Assembly (NCBI GenBank): GCA_907165135.1
Contig: OU015568.1
Span: 17,028,477 to 17,092,476, forward strand
DNA from: Oikopleura dioica
Lineage: Eukaryota > Animalia > Chordata
Direction of reading: 5' to 3'
Length of the DNA stretch: 64,000 nucleotides
Shown: in pieces, positions 49,526-63,262 of the stretch
How positions within the stretch are numbered: position 1 is the stretch's first letter
Layout of the letters: every line of letters starts with the position of its first letter
Translations under genes and position numbers: made by a program
The notes under the pieces: model-generated
Database searches by the model: none
What the model was told of the DNA's origin: nothing
Seen by the model: the letters and a program-made list of their open reading frames with translations, nothing else

Positions 49526-52329
49526 ATGAATTTAACCCTGCCCAAGTCTGTTTTTCTAGCCCTGTCGATATGCTTTCTTCTTATCCTGCTGAAAGAAAAA
49601 GAGTACATTTTGAACTTGAAAAAAGAGAGCCACCACGAACGGGTGGAACGCCAAGAGATAAAATTTGAAACGAAGAAAGTTTTTACCACCGCCAAGAGTT
49701 CGGTTCTAGAGAACGCCACAGAAGATGATACCCTTCAAATGAAGTGGACGCCGAGTACTGACGAGTGCAAACCAGTAGGAGCGGGCGTCTTTTTTCGTTA
49801 CGATGTAAAAAATTGTAAAATTGCTAAAGCAAAAGATTGTTGTTGAAAAAGCTTGTATTGCGACCTTCAGTAACACTTAGAGCTTGTTTTTGCGATTTGA
49901 GCATCAACAACTCTCATATATTTACAAAACTTTTTCGCAGCTTCTTTAAGACAAGTTCTAATCTTTAGAATCTAAAGAAGTCAATTTTTATTCTCTCAAA
50001 TAAATATAGGGAATTTAAATTTTCTGAAAAGGAGAAGAATGTGCCTGAAAAAAGTGATGTTAAAGATCCCGCAAAAGACAATTTTGTATTTCTGAAAAAG
50101 CACAAAGTCGCGAGCACCACTTTCAAGGCGATTTTCCATAAATTCGCAAAATACAGACAGATTCCGATTGAACCAAGATTAATTGGACCGCAAGGTTAGG
50201 AAAAGAAAGATTAAAAAGTGCGATGTTCTGGCTTGTATTTCATAAATCCGCTGGATGTTCCGAAAATTAAATTTGAGAATTAGGGTAGCTAGAGCCGTTT
50301 GCAAATCTCTTTTGGTTATCCGAAAATTACTCATAATTTGTGGCCGACGAAGAAATTAAGTCGTTTTCAGGTGGATGTTATCCGGCGCGCATAAACGAGC
50401 ACTGCTGGCCAAGACGTCACTATCATCCGGCGAATGGATTGACTTATCACTTTCGCTGGAACATAGAACAAGCTCACAAGATCTTTGATTTGAAAAACAC
50501 GGCGATTTTCACGACAATCAGGAATCCAATGACGTGCTTCGAATCCGTCTACAACTATTTTTACTTCAAGCGATACGTAAGCACTCGGCATTTTAGCATC
50601 CCAGAACATTCTTCTAGTCCGAATTTTGTTGAGATTTTTTTTGTAATCCAATTTGTTTTTGACTCGGCGTAATTCTGAGAGCATTTTTTTTCGGAAAAGC
50701 TTTTTCTAACAGCTAATCTTGACCAGATTAGAGGTTTCTCGGCATAATTTTACGCTGAAAAAAGCCAAAATCTCTCACCTTAGCCACTTTTAAGGTCATG
50801 CATGGGTCCGCCTTTAATCCTCTTACCATAACGTTCTATGCACTGAATTTTCTCCAACGTTACTGTAGATCGAAATTTGTCGAATTTACATTGGCAATGC
50901 ATAAATCGATCAATAGAGCATAATTTTAGCATAACATTGTTCTCACTTCAAGCTCACTTTCAGAAAAACTTGGATCACCCGTGCGATTCGCCTTGCTGGA
51001 ACCGCCCGTTTTATCAATTCAACGGAAACAGACTGGGAATCTCGACCGGGGAGTTCTTGGATAATCTTCCCGAGAATTTCGACCCGAGGGCTTCGCAAAA
51101 TTTTCGGGCAAAGAACTTTCAATCCTTCGAGCTCGGGCTGGACCACCTAAACGACAACCCCGCCTACATCGAATCGCAGTTAGAGCGACTGGAGACACAA
51201 TTTGATCTCGTCATAATTCTCGAGCACTACATGGAGTCCATCGTGCTTCTAAAACATCGCCTCTGCGTCTCTTACGAGATTTTATACATCAAGGCGAAAA
51301 ACAAGGCGAGTTATACGCCAGAGCCGCTGAGCGAAAAACAAAAGGCCAACTTCGCCGAGTTCTTCAAGCAAGATCTCGAAATGTACAGATTCTTCAACGA
51401 GACTCTTCACAAGAAAATCGACGCCTTTGGACGGGATCGAATGAGAGAGGAGATCAAAGTCGCCAAGAAAATATTCGAACGTTGCGCAGAGCTTTCCGAC
51501 GGGCATAAAGACGGATGCAAAATTAAAAGGCCCGAAAGTGAACCACCGGTATGTTAGCTTCCGCAATTTTAAGTTGATAAGATCATCAGCTTCTTTTAAT
51601 AAGCCGAAAAAACAGTTCGGAAAAAGCAATTCTCAATACTATATTTTTTCAATAATAAATATTTGATCTTCTTTTTTTAAAAATATTTTTCAAAAGCCCG
51701 GATACACAATTAGCTCGTTATTTTCATGAACATATACCTGCCTTCTTTATGCTCTTAAATGAAATGTCCTACGTTTTTAATAGAAATAATTAATACTTTG
51801 ACGCATTTCAGAACCAGAATTAAAAACATTTTAATATTTGATGATTTTTGCAGTTTTTCAAAATGAAAACATGAAATCAACTTCTCGCCTCTTCTGGACC
51901 TTGGCGGTCTTGGTGTCGCGCACAGAAACCGCAAATTGAGGGTTCTTCGTATTTTAGAAGCGAGATAAGCTCGTCAAAAAAACTGAAATAAGGGCGGCAC
52001 TTGAAATCAAACGTGCAAGCAAAAAGTCTAGCCCGTGAACCAGATTTTCCGCCGGTAAATGTAACTTTCAGGCAAATATTACGAGCGAAATCGTGAGATA
52101 TCCGTCCCTGGATCCGAAAATCTACCTCAAATACATGGACGAAAACTTTGGTCACTGCTCTAATCCGTCTAGTTCTTATGGAAAAGTGAAATCGATTCAC
52201 GAAACTGGAGTGCTAAACAGTACCTGTCCATTTGTAGACAAGCCAATTAAATCAAACTTTGCCGATCATATTGAAATTACGCTAGAATCGGATGTTAAAT
52301 TCGACAATTCTACGGAAGAAGACTCGTAG
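49526..52329 (+). CDS. Galactose-3-O-sulfotransferase (Gal3ST) family type II membrane protein, multi-exon
   Basis: N-terminal hydrophobic anchor; FVFLKKHKVASTTF (5'-PSB-like), TTIRNPMTCFESVYNY (3'-PB-like), NFQSFELG, FDLVIILEHYMESIVLL..LC, DLEMYRFFNETL. The last exon is less certain. Confidence 0.85.
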
Positions 52330-54081
52330 TATTTATCAAAAATTCTAACTTGTTAAATGTGCGTTTTTGGCAGAAATTCTGATCAAGAGAAGTTTAACAA
52401 TTAGAATCTAATATTATATAATATTAGTAATATTTTTAACAAAATCGATTCAATTTCACTGTAAATAAATACCGAATGATGCTGAAAAAATTCGTTGTCG
52501 ACAGTTAGTAACTGCTTGCCATCAAAATTAAGCATGTGTATACAAAAAAAGAAGATTCCGAAGATTGAGATGAGAGAGCCAAACTCGATAGAAAATAAAT
52601 GAGAATTTTTAGCATTCATATTTTGGTCGAGATAGCTTTTTCTAAAAACAAAAGTGATCTTGATACAGAATGATGTAATAAAAATAACCCGCTGTGCAAG
52701 AGAAAGGATTCCAAACACAGAAACACAGAAATGGTTCCAGACACAATCCCAAATAAATGCAGGTCAATATTCTGTTGATTCTCCTTTCTGAATACGTATT
52801 CAATACCTGTTGAGCACGAGTTCAACCTGCATTAACTTCTAATAACAGTTCAACCCCCATTTCGCTTTATTCGCAGGTGTCGCCCTCAAGTCAAAAAAAC
52901 GCATCTACTATCTTTCTCCTTTTTCGAATTAAGAATTCTATGAGAGCAATAAATCCACAAAGTTACTTTTTCCCGCAATGTCAGGTTCTTCGAAGGTAAA
53001 AAAAAAGAAAGCCAGAATTTCTTATTTTCTTGAAATTTCTAGCTGCCAATAGATTCGTCGATAATCGGCGCAGCAGTGTTGTCATTTGCCATTCCAGTCA
53101 CTTTCTACATCCAAGGGTTTCAAAAACAAGTTCCGTGAAGAATTTTTAAGCAGTGTCCAGATAGGACCGTTTCAGGTTGCATAAGAACATCGTGGTTGTT
53201 TAAATACCGGATTTGTGGTGTTTTTGGAACCCGAGAAAAGAGTCTACTGCATTTTTGAGTACCGTGATTACAGATTGTTAAGGTCAGGATTAAACCTGTA
53301 TTTATGAGCTTGAACGGGGCGTAATTGAACATAACAAAAAATTAAAATATCTAAAAAGAAAAAAATTGTTCTTCCGAAGTGAAGATTCCGAATAAAACAT
53401 AATCCAAAAACAGTCTCATGCGGAGACATAGCGAAATAAAGGTCAGCCTCCTCAAACAGGTAAAAAACCACTCAGCTAGTCACATAAAACATCCTTATTT
53501 TTAGCAAACTCACTCGCCATCAAAAGTTATAGCGGCCTAATCAGCTCAATGGCGAATTCGAACGTTTTCTTCATTTAGGGAGATAAAAATTGAACGCATC
53601 ATGTATTTTTCTTCTTCGATGATATGTTTTAGTTTCTGTCGTTGTACTGTATATATATTTTTATCAAAGAATCCAAGAAGTTTTCCCGAAGTCCATTCTG
53701 ATCCGTTCTTCATTCAATCTTCTGTATAAACATTCCGATATACTGTTTTTCAAATAAATCATTATCCAAAAATATAAGAATATACGGTATATATTATATA
53801 CCTCGCATTTCAAAAAAAAAAAAATTCGCAAAATCGTCTAAAATATTGACAGAAACAAAAATGCTTTGATAACTAACTAATGAATCATTAGAAGTGATCA
53901 ATCTCTGTCAGAAAAAAAACGAAAAAATGGAGCTAGAGAATGTAAATGAAAATTCTTGAAGCAAAATTGTTGGAGGAAGGAGTTCGAAGCGCTGAGGGGC
54001 AAACCGCTGCCCGGTTATTTCAAAAATTACTTGAAAGATTTCCAGCTCGAAGAGACAGTAGAGGAGTCTTCAACTCGGAAA

Positions 54082-57000
54082 ATGGTGGTCATCAGGTCAT
54101 GCGTTCAAATTTCAAAATTTAAATTTCTTTTATTTCAATTTCAGCGTTAAAATGAGAATTCTAGCGTTTTCGGAATTTTTTTTAAAATAACTAAAATTGT
54201 GTCTTCTCCGAAATTGTGAACCCGTGATCAGGCCAGGTGATCACGTGTGGCTGACCAGCCATGGCGATCAAAAACTGCCCGTTGCAATCGGCGCTCAGGA
54301 CTGGCTCAGACAAGGGATCAATCAAAAATTAATTGAGCTGCTGCGAATCTCCATTATATACACGCGGCTTTATTAATTAGAAAATGTGCTCTCAGCCTCG
54401 CTAGATCAAAAAGTCAGAAGGTGGAAAGCTACTGCTCATCGACGATCAAGAAAATGGTTTTCGAAATGAATAATTCAAGTTTTTATTTAATTATTGACGA
54501 AAGTTGAACATTTTGAATTTGATAAATATTGAATCAAAAAATAGAGGGCTCTTGAAGTCAAAATTGGCATCTACTTGAAAAAATATTCAGCAGGAAGGGC
54601 ATGTCCATACTATGGACAGACCTAGATATTTATAGGCAATTTCGACCTTCGAAAACCAAGGCTAAGAACATGAAGTCTGGATCGAAATCGCCAAAGCGGG
54701 CAAACAAATCAAGGAAAGAGTTTAAAAGATGAACTTTGCCTAAGAGGCAATCACAGATCCGCCCCTTCGAGGGTTTAAAAGCGGATTTAAGGATAAACCA
54801 AAGCTGTTGACTTCGTCGACACAAGGTTTATTGTTTGAACTCGGGAAAGGCGATGCATCCGACTTCGCAAAGTGGCGTGGACGATATGATCCGACTTGGA
54901 GACCTCAACGAAGCGGGCATTTTGAGGAATCTTCATCTCAGATACAAGAACAACAAAATATACACTTTCACTGGCGCGATCTTAGTCGCAGTGAACCCTT
55001 ATCAAATTATAAAGGAACAAGGTCGACATTGAACAGTTTCTCCTAAGAATTACGGTAATGGAGGGGTTATAACTTGTAAGTCCCGAAGCCTAACCTAGGT
55101 GGCTACGCCCCTCGAGACCCCAAGCAAGTACTTTCAGTCCACCAACCCTAATCTTTTTTTTCGATCTTTGAAAGGGTATCTACGATCCGTCAGAAATCAA
55201 GCGATACACAAACAAGAAGATCGGAGAACTTCCCCCGCATATCTTCTCCATTGCCGACAATGGTTAGATTCAATCGACTCAATTTTAATTTTCAATCGCT
55301 CCGTTTTAGCCTACTACAATATGCAGAGGAACAATCGGGATCAATGTGTTGTGATTTCTGGAGAGTCTGGCGCAGGAACGTGTTAAAAGCAAAATAATCG
55401 TCTAAAGTAAGGGAACCTTAGTAACAAAACTATCCAAAAACGGTCAGCGGCAAGCAAGAATAGTTAACTGACAAGTGAGACATTTGGGTCAGCTTTGGGA
55501 GCACTTACTGTCAACACGCGAAACAGGAAAGACTGAATCTGCCAAATTACTGTTACAATTCTTGGCCGAAGCGTCTGGCCAGCAGAATATGGAACAAAGA
55601 ATCGAAAAGCAAATCCTAGACTCGAACCCAGTTCTCGAAGCCTTTGGAAACGCGAAAACTGTTAGAAATGATAATTCATCGCGTTTTGGAAAATTTATTG
55701 AGCTGCAATTCAACAGAAGAGGGGCGATTGATTCGGCAAGGTAAAGTCAAGAAAACCTAACCTATTTTGGAGTACGGTATAAATACCGTGGATACGTCTT
55801 TTCTTCCAAATTTAAAGCCTTAGATTTACTTGTAGTAAAAAAAAATTCAGAATCGAGCAGTATCTTCTGGAAAAATCGCGTCTCGTCCGCCAGAGCGAGC
55901 AAGAACGAAACTACCACATTTTCTACTACATGTTGGCTGGAATGAGCGGCGAGGAGAAGACGCGTCTGGGCCTGACCAAACCCTCAGACTATCAATACCT
56001 CTCCCAGGACAACGTGAACAAGGCACTGTCGAACAAGTGCTACGGAAAAGGGCACGGTTCGTGTCTCTTCGTTCAGGGCCACAACGACGCTGACGAGTAC
56101 CACAAGCTGATGGATGCGATGAAAACGCTGGGCTTCAAAGACGTCGAGTTGCGAGAAACGTTCAAATTGCTCGCAGCGCTTCTGCAAATTGGAAACTTCG
56201 AGTTCGAAGAAGCGATGATTGACAACCTCGATGCTTGCCATTTGATTTACAATTCCGGCGTGAAGCAAGTCTGCGCGCTGCTGGAAGTCATCGATGATGT
56301 CCTAATCAAGTCGATCACGCACCGAACTTTGAACATGAGAGGCGAAGCTGTTACCTCGCCGATGAATATGAACATGGCTAGGGACGTAAAAGATGCTCTT
56401 GTCAAGGGAATCTATGGAAGGCTTTTCGTCTGGATTGTGGAAAAGGTCAACTCTACCGTCAACAAAACTAAAGGTCTGTATTGAGGCCTATCCCAAGATT
56501 GTCCACTAGAATTCTGAAGAGCTCGTGTTCTGTATGTGTTATGTATTGTAATTACGAGACCGTAAGCCATCCGTGTTAGTATAGTGGTGAGTATTCCCGC
56601 CTGTCACGCGGGCGACCGGGGTTCGATTCCCCGACACGGAGACCTTTTTCTCTATCTCACCTTTTACCAACCCTTTAATTTAGATGGCGTCAAGCGAAAA
56701 AGAAAAGATGATCCCAACCGTGGTCACTCAATCGGTCTTCTCGATATTTTCGGCTTCGAGAACTTCGGCAAAAACTCTTTCGAGCAACTGTGCATCAACT
56801 TCGCAAATGAAAACTTGCAGCAGTTTTTCGTCCGACACGTTTTCAAAATGGAACAAGAAGAGTACGAGCGAGAAGGGATCCACTGGCGGAGCATCGAGTT
56901 CACTGATAACCAGGACATTCTGGACATGATCGCCGCCAGACCTATGAACATTTTGAGCTTGATCGATGAAGAATCTATGTTTCCGCGATCTACTGATAGA

Positions 57001-60000
57001 ACAATGTTGATCAAGCTGTCGCGAACGCATGGAAAGAACAGGTTGTTTGAAGCTCCACGAAATCAATCAGTCTCCAGCTTCTCTATCCGGCACTTTGCTG
57101 GTACTGTTTCTTACGACACGGCTGGTTTCCTCGAGCGAAACAGAGACACATTCCACGGCGATTTGATTCAGCTCATCCGAAGCTCGAAGAACAAATTCTT
57201 GCATTTCATTTTCCACAAAGATTTGAAGAACTCTTCGATTCATCAAAAAGAGCGCCCACTCTCTGCGAACAGTTCCGAAAATCACTGGATTCGCTGATGA
57301 GAACATTGATCAAATGCCAGCCTTTCTTCGTTCGATGCGTCAAACCAAACGACATCAAGCAGCCGGGACTGTTCGATCGGGAACTGGTCTGCCAGCAGCT
57401 TCGATATTCTGGAATGATGGAGACGATCCGAATTCGGCGTCAAGGCTATCCGATGCGATACGAATTCGCTGCCTTTATTGATAGGTACCGGGTTTGTATC
57501 GGCGCGATGCCTCGCTCAGCTGTCAACCAGAACTTGAAGGAATCTGCCTCGAAGATTTGTCGGCTTATCCTCAAGGACGATGAATGGCGAGTTGGATTGA
57601 CAAAGGTTTTCCTCAAGGACGAACACGATGTTGAAATGGAAGTTGGTCGAGAAAAAGCTCTCCTCAAATACGTCCTCGTTCTCCAACGAGCTATCCGGGG
57701 ATGGTACGCGAAAAGAACCTTCCAGCGTCTCAAAAGATCCGTTGTCAAGATTCAAGCGCTTTGGCGAGCATACAGAGCGAGGAAAGCTTACAGAGAGATG
57801 ATTCAAGGTTATGGTCGACTGCAAGCTCTCTGGAGGGCCAGAAGACTCGCTTTTAGATACAACTTTGCAAGAAAGCGTATTATCGGCTTACAGGAACGGA
57901 TTGAGCTGTTTTGAGGTCAACCGACCAAAAATCCAATTGATTTTTGGATCGTAATTATGACCTTTCCTCTCATCCGTGTTAGTATAGTGGTGAGTATTCC
58001 CGCCTGTCACGCGGGCGACCGGGGTTCGATTCCCCGACACGGAGAGTTTTTCCTTATCGTTACTCAGGGTGTGATCACTTTTTGCTCAATCCCCTGAAAG
58101 GCCTACATCAGAGGACATATGATGAGAAACCACATCGTCGCCAAGCGAGATGCCATTGTCACAATTCAAGCGTACACAAGAGGAATGATCGACAGAAAGA
58201 ACTATAGGAAGCTTCTGTTCCTCAGAGCTTGTGAAGAACTTCCAGCGAAGGAGAAGAAGAAAAGACTTGAGGAGTTTGAAACAGCAGAAAAGGCTACCTT
58301 ACAGTCTCTGATTGAGAAAAGAAAGAGATCGCAAGTCAAGACTTCGAAGAAGAAAGACAAGGAGAGAGAAAGAGAGCAGTATCAGGGACGGTCAGAAATG
58401 AAAAATGGCATCTTATTGTGTGTCTTCCATGCTATTTTTTGACCAAAGAAAGGATTATCATTTCGAAAAAGCCGCAGCGATGATGTCTGAATCAGAATCG
58501 GAAGAAGAAGATGCAGGAAGAGCTGCAATTGTAGAGGAAGTGGAAGAAGACTTGGCTGAATACTCGTTCCATAAATTCTCCTCGACCTACTTCGTGAGCG
58601 CTTCAACGTGTAACTTTTCGAAGCGCCAAATCAGAGAACCGCTGCTTCATATTGATGATGAACACTCACGCAAAGTGGCTCTCTGCATTTGGACAACGAT
58701 TCTTAGGTCAGTTAACAGATTATTTAAAGGCTCTAATTGCCCTATAAAGATTCATGGGAGAGTTACCCGAGTCCAAGTACAACAAGGCCGACATTGAGGA
58801 AATCGAAATTGTACCAGTCATGACGAAAATTTACGAAACGATGGGACTGTCCTACGCTCGAGGAAGAGGAGTGCTCGATGAGAAAGACAAGGAAAAGGAA
58901 GATAACAAGAACAAAATGATAAAAATCAAGCTTGGAAAAACAGCGACCACAGATCATGATCCTCGACGATTTGTTGACAAACCCTCGACAAATCTTGAAA
59001 AACTCCATTTTATAATAGGATCTGGTAAGAACTCGTCATTTTCTAGTCTCAAGCGGAATTTTAGGAATTCTCCGACCACATCTACGTGATGAAATCTACT
59101 GCCAAATAATGAAGCAACTCACCAATAACAGCTCGCGACCCTCTCACGCTCGAGGATGGCTTCTCATGTCTCTCTGTCTCGGTTGTTTTGCCCCGACTGA
59201 GCGGCTCACAAAAACTCTCAAGAACTTCCTTCGAAATGGCCCTGCCAGTTACGGGCCTTACTGCGAAGACAAACTTCGCCGAACACTTTTGAACGGGACC
59301 CGGCAGCAGCCCCCTAGCTGGATGGAACTTACAGCAGCAAAATCAAAGAAGCCGATCATGATTACTGTGACTTTCATGGATGGTACAACGAAGTCGCTTC
59401 TTTGTGACAGTGCAACTACTACACGAGAACTGACAAAGAGTTTATCTGACACGATTAATTTAACAGACACGTTCGGATTTTCCTTGTTCATCGCGCTTTT
59501 CGATCACGTCGAGTCTATCGGATCTGGCAACGACCACGTGATGGACGCGATCAGCAGATTCGAGCAAATCGTCAAGAAAGACGGCGCCCAGGAACGACAC
59601 GCGCCCTGGAGAATCTTCTTTAGAAAAGAAATCTTTAGCCCGTGGCATAAAGCTGAAGAAGACAAGGTCGCTACTAATTTAATCTACCACCAGATTTGCC
59701 GAGGCGTTAAATTCGGCGAATACAAGTTTGATTCTGACGAGAAAATGGCGGATCTAGCGGCGAAGCAGTACTACATCGAGTTTGGCAGTGACATTTCCGG
59801 GTCGAAAGTGATGCCAGTAGTGCCACAGTGGATTCCTGATCGAGTCCTGTCAAAGAAATCTCCATCCAAGTGGGCAGCTTTGATCGTCGACCGCCACAAA
59901 CAAGGAGAACACGTGCGAGGAAGATGGGAGCCAAAGATGGTAAAGGACCACATCGTCAATCGAGCTCGTTTTCACTGGTCGATTCTCTTCAGCAGATTCT

Positions 60001-63000
60001 ACGAAGTTATGCCGATGGGAAGCGATGCCGAATCGCTGCTAGGTCCGAAAACAAAGGGGATCGTGGCGATCAACTTTGCAGGAATTATGGTCTTCACTCA
60101 ATCAGAGCGACTACTGCTCAGAATCGATTTTGTCGAGCTGAGTGGAATCTCCGTCAGTAGAAACCTCGACGATGTAGCAATCGCCTTCATTGTAACGACG
60201 ATCCAAGGGAAGGACTATCAATTCGGCTCTCAAAACTGCGCCGATGTCCGAGAACTTGTAACGACATTCATGGAAGGGCTGAGAACAAGATCCAAGTACG
60301 TGGTCGCGATGCAGAAAAATCCCGATAAGGTGGCAAGTGGAGAAGATGGATCGAAGTTCTTGAAGTTCAAGAAAGGCGATTTGATCATGTTGGACGAGCC
60401 GGCGGGAAATAATCTGCTGACGTCTTCGTGGGCGTCTGGAACAAACTCGACTACGGCGGAATCAGGGGATTTCCCTGCGGATTGCGTTTGGGTACTACCG
60501 ACGCTAACGAAGCCTACTTCGGGGACCATTGATTTGTTCAAAATGTCGAAGTCTGAGTTGGAAAGCTTGAGCAGTCGAGCACCGCAGAATCAGGAAAAGC
60601 TTATATTTCTAGTTGCTGGACTCAAAGCTTGGTACAGTGGGTTGCGCAGGTAGTGCACTAATTGTGATTGAGGCGTTGGTGCACCCTTCGCCCGCACTTT
60701 TTCTATTGTTCTTTGTAGACTTGCTCAAAGTGATTGCATGAGTGGTGAACCCTCTGCCAGCTCTAGTTAGGGGGTAACCCTAAGGAGTGCACTACCTATT
60801 CAATCCACTGCAGTCTGGAGCTGTAATACATGATAATTGGAAATGGAAAGACTTGAGTCAGAGTCAAAGATCATTTTCGCAAGAAATTGGTCAATTTACG
60901 AAACACTCAAATTTGAGTCAAAAAAAAAACTCTAAAAGTTGGACATTCGGTTTGATTTCTTTTGGTTTGAGATATGTCTTGGTTGAAATTGTCGATGACA
61001 CAGTGTGACCTAAACTCACGCTCAGAGTTGCGGCCATAGCGAGTGTCCCCTATGATTTAAGATCTCTGGGAACGAGGTTCACGGGGACTGAAACACCCGA
61101 GGCCTAGCAAAAGAGACTATGGATTGTTAAGTAATTTTAACAGTCAAAAAATACACCATTCGTTCGAAAAAAAATATAGTTATGGTCTCCGAGAATTTTA
61201 CTCTCGAACTTCGCATAATTTCTTTTTATAACACTCACGACCGTATATACGTAATTTCTATAATACAAGCGAGTGACGAAAAGTTAGCTTCGAAAAGTTC
61301 AATGTAACGGACAACACGGACTGTATCTACACTTTGGAAGAATTCGCGATGGAGTTCTTCAACCCGATGCACCAGGAAACTGGCGGCGGTTTTTTCAACT
61401 TCTCCAAGAAAGAGCGCGAAATCGTCTGGGCAAAGACGCAAGAGCCTATTCGCACGTCACATTTGCGATCGGTGCCACATGACATCATCGACGCAGCGGT
61501 TATTATGTTCACGACTGTGCTCAAGTACTGCGGCGACTATCCGAGCAAGGAAGGGTTGAAATTATTTTCGAAAAACAGGATTTTATCCAGGTTTTATTTT
61601 ACCCTCAAAAAAGCGACCAAAACAGGGAAACGAGCTCACAGACGCGATCTTCAACATCCCCCTGAACAGCAACGGCCTCCGAGACGAGCTGTTCGTCCAG
61701 CTGATGCGCCAACTGACCAACAATCCGATCCCCTACTCGGAAGAACGCTGCTGGGAACTGATGTGGCTCGCGTGCGGAATCTTCTCGCCGACGGAAGAAG
61801 TGATGCCCTACTTGGTCAAGTTCTTTAATTCGAGAAAAGCAGTTTACCCGATCGCCGATGAGTGCTCCATCAGACTGCAAAAGACGATTCGGGCTGGTTG
61901 CAGAAAATATCCGCCGCATTTGGTCGAAGTTGAGGCGATTCAGAATAAAACTACTCAGGATAGGCGCAATTTCGTGCTTTCCGGATTCTTCGCAAGATTT
62001 GTTTTGAACTAGTAATGAAAAAAAACGCCTTGATAGATATTTCACAAAGTGTACTTCCCAGACGACACAGATGAAGCCTTCGAAGTCGAAAGCTCTACCA
62101 AAGCGCGCGACTTCTGCCAGAACATCGCGAATAGATTGAGATTGAAGAGCAGCGAGGGATTTTCGCTCTTCGTCAAGATCTCTGAGAAAGTCATTTCCGT
62201 CAAGGAGGATAACTTCTTCTTTGACTTCGTCAGGCAGCTGACCGAGTTGCTGAGGAAAAACAAGAGGACTTTTGAGAGCCCGCAGTTAACTTATCAAGGT
62301 GCAAATTCAGAAACTAAACTCGGCAACCTGCGCGGGAAACCTGACTCAGGGTCTTAGAGATCTTTTATAAAAAAGCCGCTTTGCTCTTGCATATCCTGAC
62401 TCAAGTTGTCGGGCTCAGTTCTGAAAAACAGTAAGAAAACTCTTCACCGAAATATTTTCAGTTTTCTTCATGCGAAAACTGTGGTCGATGTGCATTCCGG
62501 GCAAGGATCTGAACGCAGACTGCATCTTCCATTTCCATCAAGAACTGCCAAAGTACCTGCGCGGCTACCACAAGTGCACGAAGCTCGAGGCGGCGCAACT
62601 GGCGGCATTCGTTTACCGCGTCAAATTTGGGGAGGACAAATCTCAGTTTCCAGCGATTCCCAAAATGCTGCGCGAGCTCATTCCTCAGGACATGATCAAA
62701 GTATGCAGCCGCCTATTTATTCTCGTTTCGAATCTGTTTAGCGGACGGGACAGGACGAGTGGAAGCGCTTGATCGTCGCTGAGTTCAATAAAAATGCTGG
62801 AAAGGCGAAAGAAGACGCCAAACTGGCATTCTTGAAGGTGATCCAGAAGTGGCCGACGTTCGGCTCCGCCTTCTTCGACGTCAAACAGACCTTTGATCAG
62901 ACGCTGCCGATGGCGATCATTATAGCAATTAATAAATTAGGTGGATATACTCCATTCTTGAAAAATTAAAAAATTTGGACTTTTAGGCGTCTCGTTAATC

Positions 63001-63262
63001 GACCCAGGATCGAAGGAAATCTTGGTTACTCATAATTTCGCGAAAATCTCGGACTGGGACTGCGGCGATAACTATTTCACCATGTCGATCGGAGCTAATC
63101 ACGCTGGCTCGAAGCTCATGTGCGAGACGACTCTTGGGTAAGCATAAGTTTAGCAGAACTCGATTTATGTCGAATTCAAGGTATAAAATGGAGAACCTGC
63201 TCTCTTCCTACATCGACCAGATCCACAACAATTTGAAAAAGCAGCGCAGCCGAAAGCTTTAA
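54082..63262 (+). CDS. myo7a: Unconventional myosin VIIa (motor, IQ, MyTH4-FERM, SH3, MyTH4-FERM), ~21 exons
   Basis: [86 protein letters not shown] motifs, two MyTH4 ([16 protein letters not shown]), FERM ([10 protein letters not shown]), C-terminal [12 protein letters not shown]. One 1-nt shortfall in A5 at 57245-57249. Confidence 0.95.
56570..56641 (+). tRNA. tRNA-Asp(GTC), intronic in myo7a (intron 56474-56683)
   Basis: 72-nt cloverleaf: acceptor stem TCCGTGT/ACACGGA, anticodon loop CTGTCAC, GGTTCGATTCC T-arm, followed by a T5 Pol III terminator. Confidence 0.95.
57973..58044 (+). tRNA. tRNA-Asp(GTC), identical second copy, intronic in myo7a (intron 57894-58100)
   Basis: Sequence identical to 56570-56641, followed by a T5 terminator. 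Confidence 0.95.

Noticed and set aside
52401-52825. Small hydrophobic minus-strand ORFs downstream of the sulfotransferase
   Set aside because: AT-rich, no family signal and no consistent exon structure found.
57245-57299. myo7a as a pseudogene because of the frame break before MRTLIKCQP
   Set aside because: One extra A in the A5 run restores [19 protein letters not shown] and all other motifs are intact; a homopolymer error is more likely.
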